Below, piece by piece: positions 1 through 7,676 of a stretch of DNA of 64,000 bases. Source of the stretch: Phycisphaerales bacterium (lineage in GTDB: Bacteria > Planctomycetota > Phycisphaerae > Phycisphaerales > UBA5793). Location of the stretch: positions 31,708-95,707 of the forward strand of contig JBGASM010000009.1 in NCBI GenBank assembly GCA_044229655.1, given 5' to 3'. A model generated the notes under the pieces. It did not search any database. It was given only the letters and a program-made list of their open reading frames with translations, and was not told the origin of the DNA. The translations under genes and the position numbers were made by a program. Numbering within the stretch: position 1 is the stretch's first letter; the number at the start of each line of letters is the position of its first letter.

Positions 1-369
1 GATGGCGGTCTGGAGGGCCTTCTTGACCGCGACGGCGGCGCGCTTTTTGGAGAACGCGAGAAGATTGAGGGCGGTGTTGACGTCCTTGCCACGGATGAGG
101 TCGGTGACGAGCTTGACCTTGGTGGGGGACATGCGTGCCCACTTGTACGAGCCATCGTACTTGACGATGTCCTGCGGCGCGACGCCCAGCGCGGAGGCAA
201 GGCGGCGGAGGTCATCGGGCTTGGGGCGCGGACGGAAGTCCCCGCGACGCCAGTTGCGTACGGCGGAAGTGGCGTTAAGGCCGGGCCGGTCGATCGCAGC
301 GGCAACCTGCTCTTCGGAGAGGCCGGCGCGACGGATCGCATCAGTGAGTTTCTTGTGGTTGATGATCAT
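1..369 (-). CDS. rplV: 50S ribosomal protein L22 with N-terminal XRE/Cro-type HTH domain (3' end outside window)
   Basis: Manual translation from ATG at 369 is open to position 1: MIINHKKLTDAIRRAGLSEEQVAAAIDRPGLNATSAVRNWRRGDFRPRPKPDDLRRLASALGVAPQDIVK-YDGSYKWARMSPTKVKLVTDLIRGKDVNTALNLLAFSKKRAAVAVKKALQTAI. The second half is the L22 N-terminus, in the canonical position after rpsS. Confidence 0.93.
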   Translation of the reverse strand, partial: MIINHKKLTDAIRRAGLSEEQVAAAIDRPGLNATSAVRNWRRGDFRPRPKPDDLRRLASALGVAPQDIVKYDGSYKWARMSPTKVKLVTDLIRGKDVNTALNLLAFSKKRAAVAVKKALQTAI

Positions 370-406
370 GACTGACCTGTGTTCCTGGAACTGGGGCGAC
401 CGGGGA

Positions 407-706
407 TCATTCCTCAGCGGGCTTCTCTCCGCCCTCAATGCCTTCCTTGCGGTTGGTGTGCCCGCGGAAGGTGCGGGTATGAGAAAACTCGCCGAGCTTG
501 TGACCGACCATGTCTTCGGTTACGAAGACATCGAGGAAGGCGCGACCGTTGTGCACCTTGAAGGTGTGGCCGACGAACTCGGGAACGATGGTGCAGCGGC
601 GCGACCAGGTCTTGATCGGCTCGCGGCGGTTGGCCTCGTTGAGCCGTGAAACCTTGCGGTACAGGCTTTCCTCGACGAAGGGACCTTTTTTCAGTGATCT
701 TGCCAT
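407..706 (-). CDS. rpsS: 30S ribosomal protein S19
   Basis: [11 protein letters not shown]...[23 protein letters not shown]...[15 protein letters not shown]; start trimmed to ATG 706. Confidence 0.98.
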   Translation of the reverse strand: MARSLKKGPFVEESLYRKVSRLNEANRREPIKTWSRRCTIVPEFVGHTFKVHNGRAFLDVFVTEDMVGHKLGEFSHTRTFRGHTNRKEGIEGGEKPAEE

Positions 707-754
707 AACTGTGTCTTTCTCGACCGGCGTGAGATCCGCGGAATGCACCAACTA

Positions 755-1609
755 TCAGAGCGTCAACTGGCCGTAGCGCACGCTGCGCCGGCGACGGATA
801 ATGCGTTTGTTGGAAAGCGACTTGGGCTTGCGCGTCGGACCGCCCTTGGCGAGCGTGCCGGTGGGGCCAGCCGGCGGACGATTGCCCTTGGACTTGCCTT
901 CACCACCACCCATGGGGTGGTTGTCGTGGCTCTTGGCCATACCGCGCGTCTTGGGGCGACGGCCGAGGTGTCGATTACGGCCGGCCTTGCCAAGCCGAAC
1001 GTGCTGATGATCTTCATTGCCGACTTCGCCGATGGTGGCACGGCATTCGACGGAGACCTGGCGGATTTCACCGGAGGGGAGCACCAGAGTGGCCCATTTG
1101 TCCTCGCGATTCGAGAGCCGAGCGTACATGCCGGCCGACCGGCACATTTGACCGCCGCGACCTGCGGCCAGTTCGATGTTGTGGACCGCCAAGCCGGTGG
1201 GAATGAACTTGAGGGGCATGCAGTTGCCGACCTTGGGGTCGATGCGCTGCGAACTGGACATGACGGAATCGCCGTCCGTGAGTCCCTTGGGAGCGATGAT
1301 GTAGCGGCGGGTGCCGTCGGCGTATTCAACGAGGGCGATGTTGGACGAGCGGTTGGGATCGTATTCGATGCCAACGACCTTGGCGGCGGCATCGTCGGTC
1401 CGGCGCTTGAAGTCGATCATGCGGTACTGGCGCTTGGCGCCTCCGCCACGACCGCGCACGGTAATGACGCCGTGACAGTTCCGGCCGCTGATGCGCCGCT
1501 TGGGAAGCAAGAGGCTCTTCTCAGGTTCGTGCTTGGTGATTTCTTCCTTGGTGAGCACCGAGGCAAAGCGCCGACCGGCAGAAGTTTTCTTGTAGATGCG
1601 AATGCCCAT
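755..1609 (-). CDS. rplB: 50S ribosomal protein L2
   Basis: [39 protein letters not shown] motifs; start trimmed to MGIRIYKK. Confidence 0.98.
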   Translation of the reverse strand: MGIRIYKKTSAGRRFASVLTKEEITKHEPEKSLLLPKRRISGRNCHGVITVRGRGGGAKRQYRMIDFKRRTDDAAAKVVGIEYDPNRSSNIALVEYADGTRRYIIAPKGLTDGDSVMSSSQRIDPKVGNCMPLKFIPTGLAVHNIELAAGRGGQMCRSAGMYARLSNREDKWATLVLPSGEIRQVSVECRATIGEVGNEDHQHVRLGKAGRNRHLGRRPKTRGMAKSHDNHPMGGGEGKSKGNRPPAGPTGTLAKGGPTRKPKSLSNKRIIRRRRSVRYGQLTL

Positions 1610-1674
1610 CGCTGCGTTCCTCTTTCGATACACGCTGGCGGGCCTTGCAGCGGCGCCAGCGGCTCATGGTCTCA

Positions 1675-1950
1675 TCAGATAATTTCAATCCGGTCGTCCG
1701 GATGGAGTTTCACGATCGCCTTCTTGGTCACTTTGCCTGGGATCACGCCGATGCGTGTGCGTTTCTCTGCAGCCTGACGAACAAGCGTGGCGACAGAGAG
1801 GACACGGACTTTGTAGAGTTCCTGAAGGGCGGCGCGGATCTGCGGCTTGGTGGCACGCGGATCGACCTCAAATGCGTAGCGGTTGTTCTCGCTGCCCTGA
1901 GTACTTTTTTCGCTGATGAGCGGACGGCGGATGACGGTTGTCGCTTCCAT
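1675..1950 (-). CDS. rplW: 50S ribosomal protein L23
   Basis: IRRPLISEKS, YAFEVDPRATKPQIR, KKAIVKL; operon position. Confidence 0.97.
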   Translation of the reverse strand: MEATTVIRRPLISEKSTQGSENNRYAFEVDPRATKPQIRAALQELYKVRVLSVATLVRQAAEKRTRIGVIPGKVTKKAIVKLHPDDRIEII

Positions 1951-1953
1951 GGA

Positions 1954-2616
1954 TTAGGCGCCTTCCTTTCCGGCCGCATTCTTGGTGTAGTGCTTACACG
2001 CGATGAACGCCTCCAGGCTGGCCTTCTCGATGAGGAGGTAGCGGTGGTTGAGCAGTTCAAAGACATTGAGCTGATCCCAGCGAATAGTGGAGACGTTGGG
2101 AAGGTTGCGGGCAGAGTATTGCGCATTCACATTGGCCGCGTCGAGTGCAACGAGGCAGGTGCGGTCCACGCCGACGGCCTTCAGAATCGCAGCGAATTCG
2201 CCGGTGCCGGGGGCGGAGAAATTCAGGCGATCAACGATCTTGATCTCCTGATCCACGGCCTTGGCGAGCAGGGCGTTGCGGTTAGCCAGTTGACGCATGC
2301 GCCTGGGCATGTCCTGACGGAACTCATCGTGCGTCTTGACCTTGGCGAACGCCACACCACCGCCGCGCATGATGTTGGTGCGGATGGTGCCGCGCCGCGC
2401 GTTGCCGGTGTGCTTCTGCTTGTAGAGCTTGCGGGTGGAGCCTTCGACGCGACTGCGGTTCCGAGTCCGGGCCGACCCTTGGCGCTCGTTCGCGTGTCTG
2501 CGGACGTAGGCCTGCTTGAGGAGGGCCAGACGCACTTCGCCGCCGAGGGATTCCTCGTCCAGCTGAAACACGTCGATCTTCTTGCCCTCGCGGTTATAAA
2601 CCGGAAGTTCAATCAT
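1954..2616 (-). CDS. rplD: 50S ribosomal protein L4
   Basis: RQGSARTRNRSRVEGSTRKLYKQKHTGNARRG...RGGGVAF. Confidence 0.98.
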   Translation of the reverse strand: MIELPVYNREGKKIDVFQLDEESLGGEVRLALLKQAYVRRHANERQGSARTRNRSRVEGSTRKLYKQKHTGNARRGTIRTNIMRGGGVAFAKVKTHDEFRQDMPRRMRQLANRNALLAKAVDQEIKIVDRLNFSAPGTGEFAAILKAVGVDRTCLVALDAANVNAQYSARNLPNVSTIRWDQLNVFELLNHRYLLIEKASLEAFIACKHYTKNAAGKEGA

Positions 2617-2950
2617 GATTCACGCACCTTGCAAAACGGCTCCTTGGGTTCAAGGAGCCGGGTTGTTTTCTCGCCTCGCCCTCCGGAACCGCACACAGCG
2701 TGTGTTCTCGGCAGGGGTTGACTCGGTGTCAGTCGCGTTCTTGTCGCCGTCAGGCAGTTCCCATTGCGTTCAGATGGAACTCTCCGGGCTTTCCTGACCG
2801 GGCGGGAACAAATCCCGTCCCGTGCGTTTCCAGATCACTAGCTCCAATTCTGGAATCACCTGACCACTTGACGACCGCCTGACCGCCAGGCAGTCACATA
2901 ACTTTGCCTACTCAGACTCTCGCCTGAATCCCCTGAGAAACCACCCCCCA
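2617..2950 (-). ncRNA. Candidate structured cis-regulatory RNA in the 334-nt rplC-rplD spacer
   Basis: No convincing ORF; at least six inverted-repeat stems visible (see findings). Confidence 0.35.
2633..2660 (-). terminator. Terminator/attenuator-like hairpin just upstream of rplD
   Basis: Perfect 10-bp stem CGGCTCCTTG (2637-2646) / CAAGGAGCCG (2651-2660) with 4-nt loop, followed on the minus strand by UUUU; 16 nt before the rplD ATG. Confidence 0.5.
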
Positions 2951-3634
2951 TCACTTTGCTGCGGCGGCCTTGTTGGCCTTCTTCTTGCCAAGCCGAATCG
3001 CCGAGCGGATATAGATTAGGCCGGTGGCAGGGCCGGGAACAGCACCCTTGAGGTAGATGAGGTTCTTTTCGGGCAAAACTTTAACTACATCAAGGTTGCG
3101 CATGGTGACGCGTTCGGCACCCATATGGCCGGGCATCTTCTTGCCCTTGCGCGGCTTGGGGCCACGACCGCGCTCAGTGCCGCCGCCGCCGATGGAGCCC
3201 GGGGAGCGGTGCTTACGCTCGGTTCCATGGCTGGCGAACATTCCCTTGAAGTTATGACGAACCATTACGCCCTGGAAACCCTTGCCTTTGGAGGTTCCGA
3301 TGACGTCAACGTATTTCACATCCTCGAAGTCTTTGACGGTGATCGCCTGCCCGACGGAGTACTCGCCGATCTTGTCGTCATCGACGCGCAGCTCGCGATG
3401 AGCGTACTTCGGAGTCAGACCAGCCTTGGCGTCATGACCGATGAGCGGCTGGGTGGAGTTGCGCGGCGAAACGTCTTCAAAGGCGATCTGGATGGCGCCG
3501 TAGCCATCAGAGTCCTTGGTCTTGATTTGCGATATCTGGCACGGGCCGGCCTGAATGACGGTGACTGGCATGTTGACGCCCTCGGCGTTGAACATGCGCG
3601 TCATGCCGACCTTGCGTCCAATGATGGCTTTCAT
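2951..3634 (-). CDS. rplC: 50S ribosomal protein L3
   Basis: GRKVGMT, DVIGTSKGKGFQG, HRSPGSIG, KKMPGHMG, KGAVPG; start trimmed to MKAIIG. Confidence 0.98.
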   Translation of the reverse strand: MKAIIGRKVGMTRMFNAEGVNMPVTVIQAGPCQISQIKTKDSDGYGAIQIAFEDVSPRNSTQPLIGHDAKAGLTPKYAHRELRVDDDKIGEYSVGQAITVKDFEDVKYVDVIGTSKGKGFQGVMVRHNFKGMFASHGTERKHRSPGSIGGGGTERGRGPKPRKGKKMPGHMGAERVTMRNLDVVKVLPEKNLIYLKGAVPGPATGLIYIRSAIRLGKKKANKAAAAK

Positions 3635-3770
3635 GGCGATTGTGTCTCCGGGCCGGAGGTGCCGCACTCATGCGGTACGCGGCCGATGCTGAAAATTCGA
3701 AACTGACGACTCCGTCAACGACAGCGGCCCATCCACCAAAGGACGAGCCGCGACAGAAACAGGGGAAGAA

Positions 3771-4079
3771 TCAGGCCTTGATTTTAACGAACACACCCGC
3801 AGGAACGACGAGGCGGTTGAGCGCTTCAACGGTGCGGGCGTTGGGATCGACGATGTCGATGATCCGCTTATGGGTACGGATCTCGAACTGCTCGCGAGAC
3901 TTCTTGTCGATGTGCGGACCACGGAGCACGGTGTAACGCTCGATGCGAGTCGGCAGGGGAATAGGGCCGGAGACCCCGGCGCCGGTGCGCTTGGCGTGAT
4001 CGACGATTTCACGCGCCGAGACATCCAGAGCCTGGTGGTCGTAGGCTTCCATACGAATTCGAATTTTGGCTCCGCCCAT
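3771..4079 (-). CDS. rpsJ: 30S ribosomal protein S10
   Basis: [11 protein letters not shown]...GPIPLPT...[22 protein letters not shown]. Confidence 0.99.
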   Translation of the reverse strand: MGGAKIRIRMEAYDHQALDVSAREIVDHAKRTGAGVSGPIPLPTRIERYTVLRGPHIDKKSREQFEIRTHKRIIDIVDPNARTVEALNRLVVPAGVFVKIKA

Positions 4080-4189
4080 GGCGCGTCAAGACCTCATACA
4101 AAAGGGAAACGGGAAAGTCCAATTCAGTTTTTGCGGGACCGACCTGAACGACCAACTGGCCATTCCCACCGGATCGCGGCAAAGCGACG

Positions 4190-4217
4190 AGTATACGGCG
4201 CACGCCCGATTGGTCAA
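4190..4217 (-). promoter_or_regulatory. sigma70-type promoter of the S10 operon
   Basis: Minus strand TTGACC (4217-4212), 16-nt spacer, TATACT (4195-4190); about 110 nt upstream of rpsJ. Confidence 0.65.
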
Positions 4218-4239
4218 TCCAGAGCCCACCGCCTCCCAA

Positions 4240-4383
4240 ATGACCCCCGAGGATCAACCCTATCCTTGCCGCATGCCCGACTTCGGATCCTGGAGTCTGC
4301 TCAAGCGACAGCGGTTTGTCGCGGCGATGGCCGCGGTGATGCTGGGGCTCAGCCTGCTACTGGCCCTCTGGTACAGCATGTAA
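4240..4383 (+). CDS. Possible small single-pass membrane protein (47 aa)
   Basis: ATG 4240; KRQR followed by hydrophobic FVAAMAAVMLGLSLLLALWY; fills an otherwise empty divergent region. Confidence 0.35.
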   Translation: MTPEDQPYPCRMPDFGSWSLLKRQRFVAAMAAVMLGLSLLLALWYSM

Positions 4384-4568
4384 CCGGTGGCGGACCTGCG
4401 GGAGCCGCTGCGGGCCGACTGTTGTTGTGCCTGAGGTGTGCGGCCGGTCGATATGAGCGGCTGGAGCGCTGCGGGCACACGCTGAAAAAGCGGTCGGCAT
4501 GCTCGCTCCAAGGCGCAAGCGCAGGCCGCAATGAGACCTTGAGCAGCGACGTAAAGAGGAATCACCCC

Positions 4569-6026
4569 ATGTTGCGTCAATCGTTCCTTGCAAGTCTTCC
4601 CCTCATTTTCGCATGCGGGGGAAACCTCTATGCGCAGGATACTGCCGCTTCGCCACCCGCAACAAAGACGGAGTCAGCCACGCCACCAAAGGACAAGGAC
4701 TGGGAGGCGATCGGTCTGAGCCTGCGCGCGGTGACGATCGACAGCATCGGCATGTCGCTCCATCTGCCTCTGGATTGCGATGTCAAGGTTGAACCGCTCT
4801 CGGATCGCAGACTGATGGCGGAACCCAAGGACAAGTCCTGGAAGATGTCCATTGACATTCAGCGCGCACGCGATGATGAGGCGACGGCTGAGTCGCTGGC
4901 GCGCGGGTACGGCGTGAAAGCTGCGACAAACACGAAGACGCTCAAACAGAACCCGCCGGTGCCGATGACGATCAACGGGAACGCGGCATCGCAAATCGTG
5001 TTGCAGATTCCGAACGCGAAGGACCGTGCCGACACTTGGATGCACACGGTGTTCAATCCCGCCCCGCGTGTGTTCGTGGTGTTCTCACTCGAATGCACGT
5101 CACAAGGGACAGACGAACCGGTGCGGCTGTATCGCGCAGCGCTCGAATCAGTCTCGTTCCTGGAGCCGGCCAAGATCGCCGCCGACCGCGCGTTGGCTGA
5201 GACCGCGGCGGAAGCGACGTTTGCAGCGCTAAGCGAATCGGCGATTCGGGGCATGCTGGTTGAAGACCGGTGGTACCGTGTGTATTCGATCGAAAAAGAC
5301 GGGAAGGAACGACAATTGGCCTATTACCGGGTGCGCGAGTCGATGGGACCGCGCGGCGAAGTGAACCCGGACCGCAGTCCGGCGGAATATGACCCGGCGG
5401 AACGAGACGAGGGGGTCACAGTCCGCCTCGATGCGCGATATTTGCAGGCGGCAGGGTCGGTGTACGACGTGCAGAGCATCTCGTGGTCGTCATTTGACCG
5501 CACACAGGAGACGTGGTCGGTGCGGTCCGCGATGAACCTGAAGCTGGAAAGCGGTGCGTTCGCGGCGCCACAGGTCTCGAGCCTGACGGGCAACACCATC
5601 GGCGACCTCATCGACCTGGTCATCAGCGACCCCGGGGCAACGCCAAAGCGGCTCACCATGAAGAAGCCGGAAAAGGCATACTTGCCGCAGGCATTCCGTT
5701 CGTTCATGTATCGGGCGTTCAAGCCGTACGACGCGGCCGCGTATGGGATGCTCACATTTGAACCGAGCGTGGGAAAGATCACCTACCGCGTGGAAACAAT
5801 TGCACCGGCGACGGAGAAGGATGCAACGGCGGACGCGGCGGACGCGAAATGGGTGGTGCGGTCACGGCTCACCGCCGACAGCCCCGAAAACACGTTGCTG
5901 CTGGACGTAGCGGGAAACATCCTGAAGATCACCAAGCCGAATGGAGAGGTCACCGTCGCGTCATCGCTGCAGGAAATCAAACGGATCTGGAGCGAGCAAA
6001 ACCTTCCGACTGGATCGTTGCGCTAA
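4569..6026 (+). CDS. Secreted hypothetical protein (~485 aa)
   Basis: Start trimmed to MLRQSFLASLPLIFACGGNLYAQ (signal peptide, upstream GAGGA); globular-looking sequence, no family recognised. Confidence 0.8.
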   Translation: MLRQSFLASLPLIFACGGNLYAQDTAASPPATKTESATPPKDKDWEAIGLSLRAVTIDSIGMSLHLPLDCDVKVEPLSDRRLMAEPKDKSWKMSIDIQRARDDEATAESLARGYGVKAATNTKTLKQNPPVPMTINGNAASQIVLQIPNAKDRADTWMHTVFNPAPRVFVVFSLECTSQGTDEPVRLYRAALESVSFLEPAKIAADRALAETAAEATFAALSESAIRGMLVEDRWYRVYSIEKDGKERQLAYYRVRESMGPRGEVNPDRSPAEYDPAERDEGVTVRLDARYLQAAGSVYDVQSISWSSFDRTQETWSVRSAMNLKLESGAFAAPQVSSLTGNTIGDLIDLVISDPGATPKRLTMKKPEKAYLPQAFRSFMYRAFKPYDAAAYGMLTFEPSVGKITYRVETIAPATEKDATADAADAKWVVRSRLTADSPENTLLLDVAGNILKITKPNGEVTVASSLQEIKRIWSEQNLPTGSLR

Positions 6027-6047
6027 ACGGACCGATCAAGGGACACG

Positions 6048-7676
6048 TCATTCAACGCGCGCGGTATTGCTCACCGCACACGTGGCGATGTCGAGCAACT
6101 GGAGATATCCGCCACACGCCGCTGCAGGCGCATTGGCGGACAAGCTGCGGGCTCCGTCCCGATCTGATGCACCCTGAAAGGCGACCTGCAACCCGCCGGT
6201 TCCCAACCCAAGCACCACGCCCGCACAGGGATTGCCGGAGGGAACAACAAACGCACCCTCACTGAAAGCAAAGAGCAAGGCAGCCGGGCCGTTGGGGGTT
6301 GCTCCTGACCACTCGACGAGAATCGGGCCGCCAGCGGGGCAGGCAGCATCCCCAGTCAGGACCGGCGCGCAGGGGGCGTCGACATCGAAGATGACCGCGC
6401 TGCCTGAGTAAGGCCCTGCACCGTCCGTGCCATACGCGCCAACAAGCAGGTCGTCCCCATTGAGCGCAACTGCGCACCCAAAGTCATCAAATGGGGCGGC
6501 ACGCGCGGACTCGAGGGTCGCTGTGCAACGCCACCCGGTCGCGTCCTTCTCAAAGAAATAGACCTTCCCTGAATCGACCCCCGCGCCGTCCGCAAACACC
6601 GCACTGACCGCCGCGCGGTCGCCATCCATGGATACATCTTCGCCGAAGTTGTCGAAGGCAGCGCCATCCGGCGCTGTGAGTTTTGCCGCCAGCGTCCACG
6701 TCGCGCCGTCCCACTCATAGATGTACGCAGAACCTGAATTCTCACCCAAGTCGTCATCCCCGATCGCGCCGATGATGATGCGATCACCGCGAACATCGAC
6801 GGACCTTCCGAAGTCGTCACCCTCGACACCATCGGGGGCATCGAGGCGATGCGTCTGAATCCAACGTGCCCCGTCCAATGCAAAGACGTAGGCGCAGCCG
6901 GAGTTGCTTCCCTTGTCATCCTCGAGCCACGCTCCCACGAGAGCGCGCATCCCGTCAAGAGCGGCCGCGTGCCCGAAGTAATCGAAAGCCTGGCCGTCGG
7001 CCGGCAGGAGCTTGGCTTCCTGCTGCCAAGTCGCTCCGTCATATGTGAAGACGTAGGCACACCCCGAATTGACTCCGCGATCGTCGTTGGCCTCAGCGCC
7101 GACGATGACACGGTTGTCGGAAACATCGACCGCCCACCCAAACAGGTCGTACGCAAAGCCATCCCTGGGGAGAAGTTTCGCCTCCTGACGCCAAGCTGAT
7201 CCATCGAATCGGAACACGTATGCAGACCCCGAACCCGCCCCCTGATCGTCGTCGAGCCAGGCGCTCACCGCGATGAGGTCCCCATCAACCGCGACGGTGC
7301 GGCCGAACTCGCTCTCCGGCGTCGGGTCCTCAGGCAGAAGTTTGGCAGTTTGGCTCCAAGCTGCCACATTGCGCTGGAACACGTACAGAGCGCCGGAATA
7401 GGGACCGGACGTGCCATCTCCGCTTGCGCCGATGGCGGCGAAATCCCCATCAATGGAAACGCTGTACCCGAACTCCTGTCCGGCCGAAGCATCGGCGGCG
7501 ACGAACTGCCCCACCTCGCGCACGCACTGGGCGTGGGCAGAGGCCGAAACCAAAGCCACTCCGGCAACCGCACAGCACACAGGAAGGCTTGCGCTCGTCT
7601 GGCTCACGCGGGCTCCTCTGGCATCGAGAATAGGCACCAGTGCCGGCGTGTTCGTTAGCGATTCTCTCCGCGCCAC
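6048..7676 (-). CDS. Secreted FG-GAP repeat (integrin-like 7-blade beta-propeller) protein with Cys-containing C-terminal domain
   Basis: Seven repeats of FGxxVxxxG/Sxxxx(V/I)(G/S)A...GxxY/V; signal peptide ending ASAHA-QC; true start may be GTG 7607. Confidence 0.9.
   Translation of the reverse strand: MARRESLTNTPALVPILDARGARVSQTSASLPVCCAVAGVALVSASAHAQCVREVGQFVAADASAGQEFGYSVSIDGDFAAIGASGDGTSGPYSGALYVFQRNVAAWSQTAKLLPEDPTPESEFGRTVAVDGDLIAVSAWLDDDQGAGSGSAYVFRFDGSAWRQEAKLLPRDGFAYDLFGWAVDVSDNRVIVGAEANDDRGVNSGCAYVFTYDGATWQQEAKLLPADGQAFDYFGHAAALDGMRALVGAWLEDDKGSNSGCAYVFALDGARWIQTHRLDAPDGVEGDDFGRSVDVRGDRIIIGAIGDDDLGENSGSAYIYEWDGATWTLAAKLTAPDGAAFDNFGEDVSMDGDRAAVSAVFADGAGVDSGKVYFFEKDATGWRCTATLESARAAPFDDFGCAVALNGDDLLVGAYGTDGAGPYSGSAVIFDVDAPCAPVLTGDAACPAGGPILVEWSGATPNGPAALLFAFSEGAFVVPSGNPCAGVVLGLGTGGLQVAFQGASDRDGARSLSANAPAAACGGYLQLLDIATCAVSNTARVE

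Noticed and set aside
2-2721. Long plus-strand ORFs (2..649, 743..1777, 1645..2721)
   Set aside because: Antisense shadows of ribosomal protein genes, expected in high-GC DNA.
2740-2870. Resemblance of the spacer to SRP RNA or a tRNA
   Set aside because: Lacks the SRP domain IV consensus and tRNA D/T-loop motifs; kept only as an unassigned structured RNA.
3870-4568. N-terminal 233 aa of the 718-aa ORF
   Set aside because: Overlaps rpsJ antisense and its promoter; the signal peptide starts at ATG 4569.
6400-7500. Periodic repeated DNA motifs, considered as a CRISPR or tandem repeat
   Set aside because: Degenerate coding repeats of the FG-GAP blades; no identical repeats with spacers.
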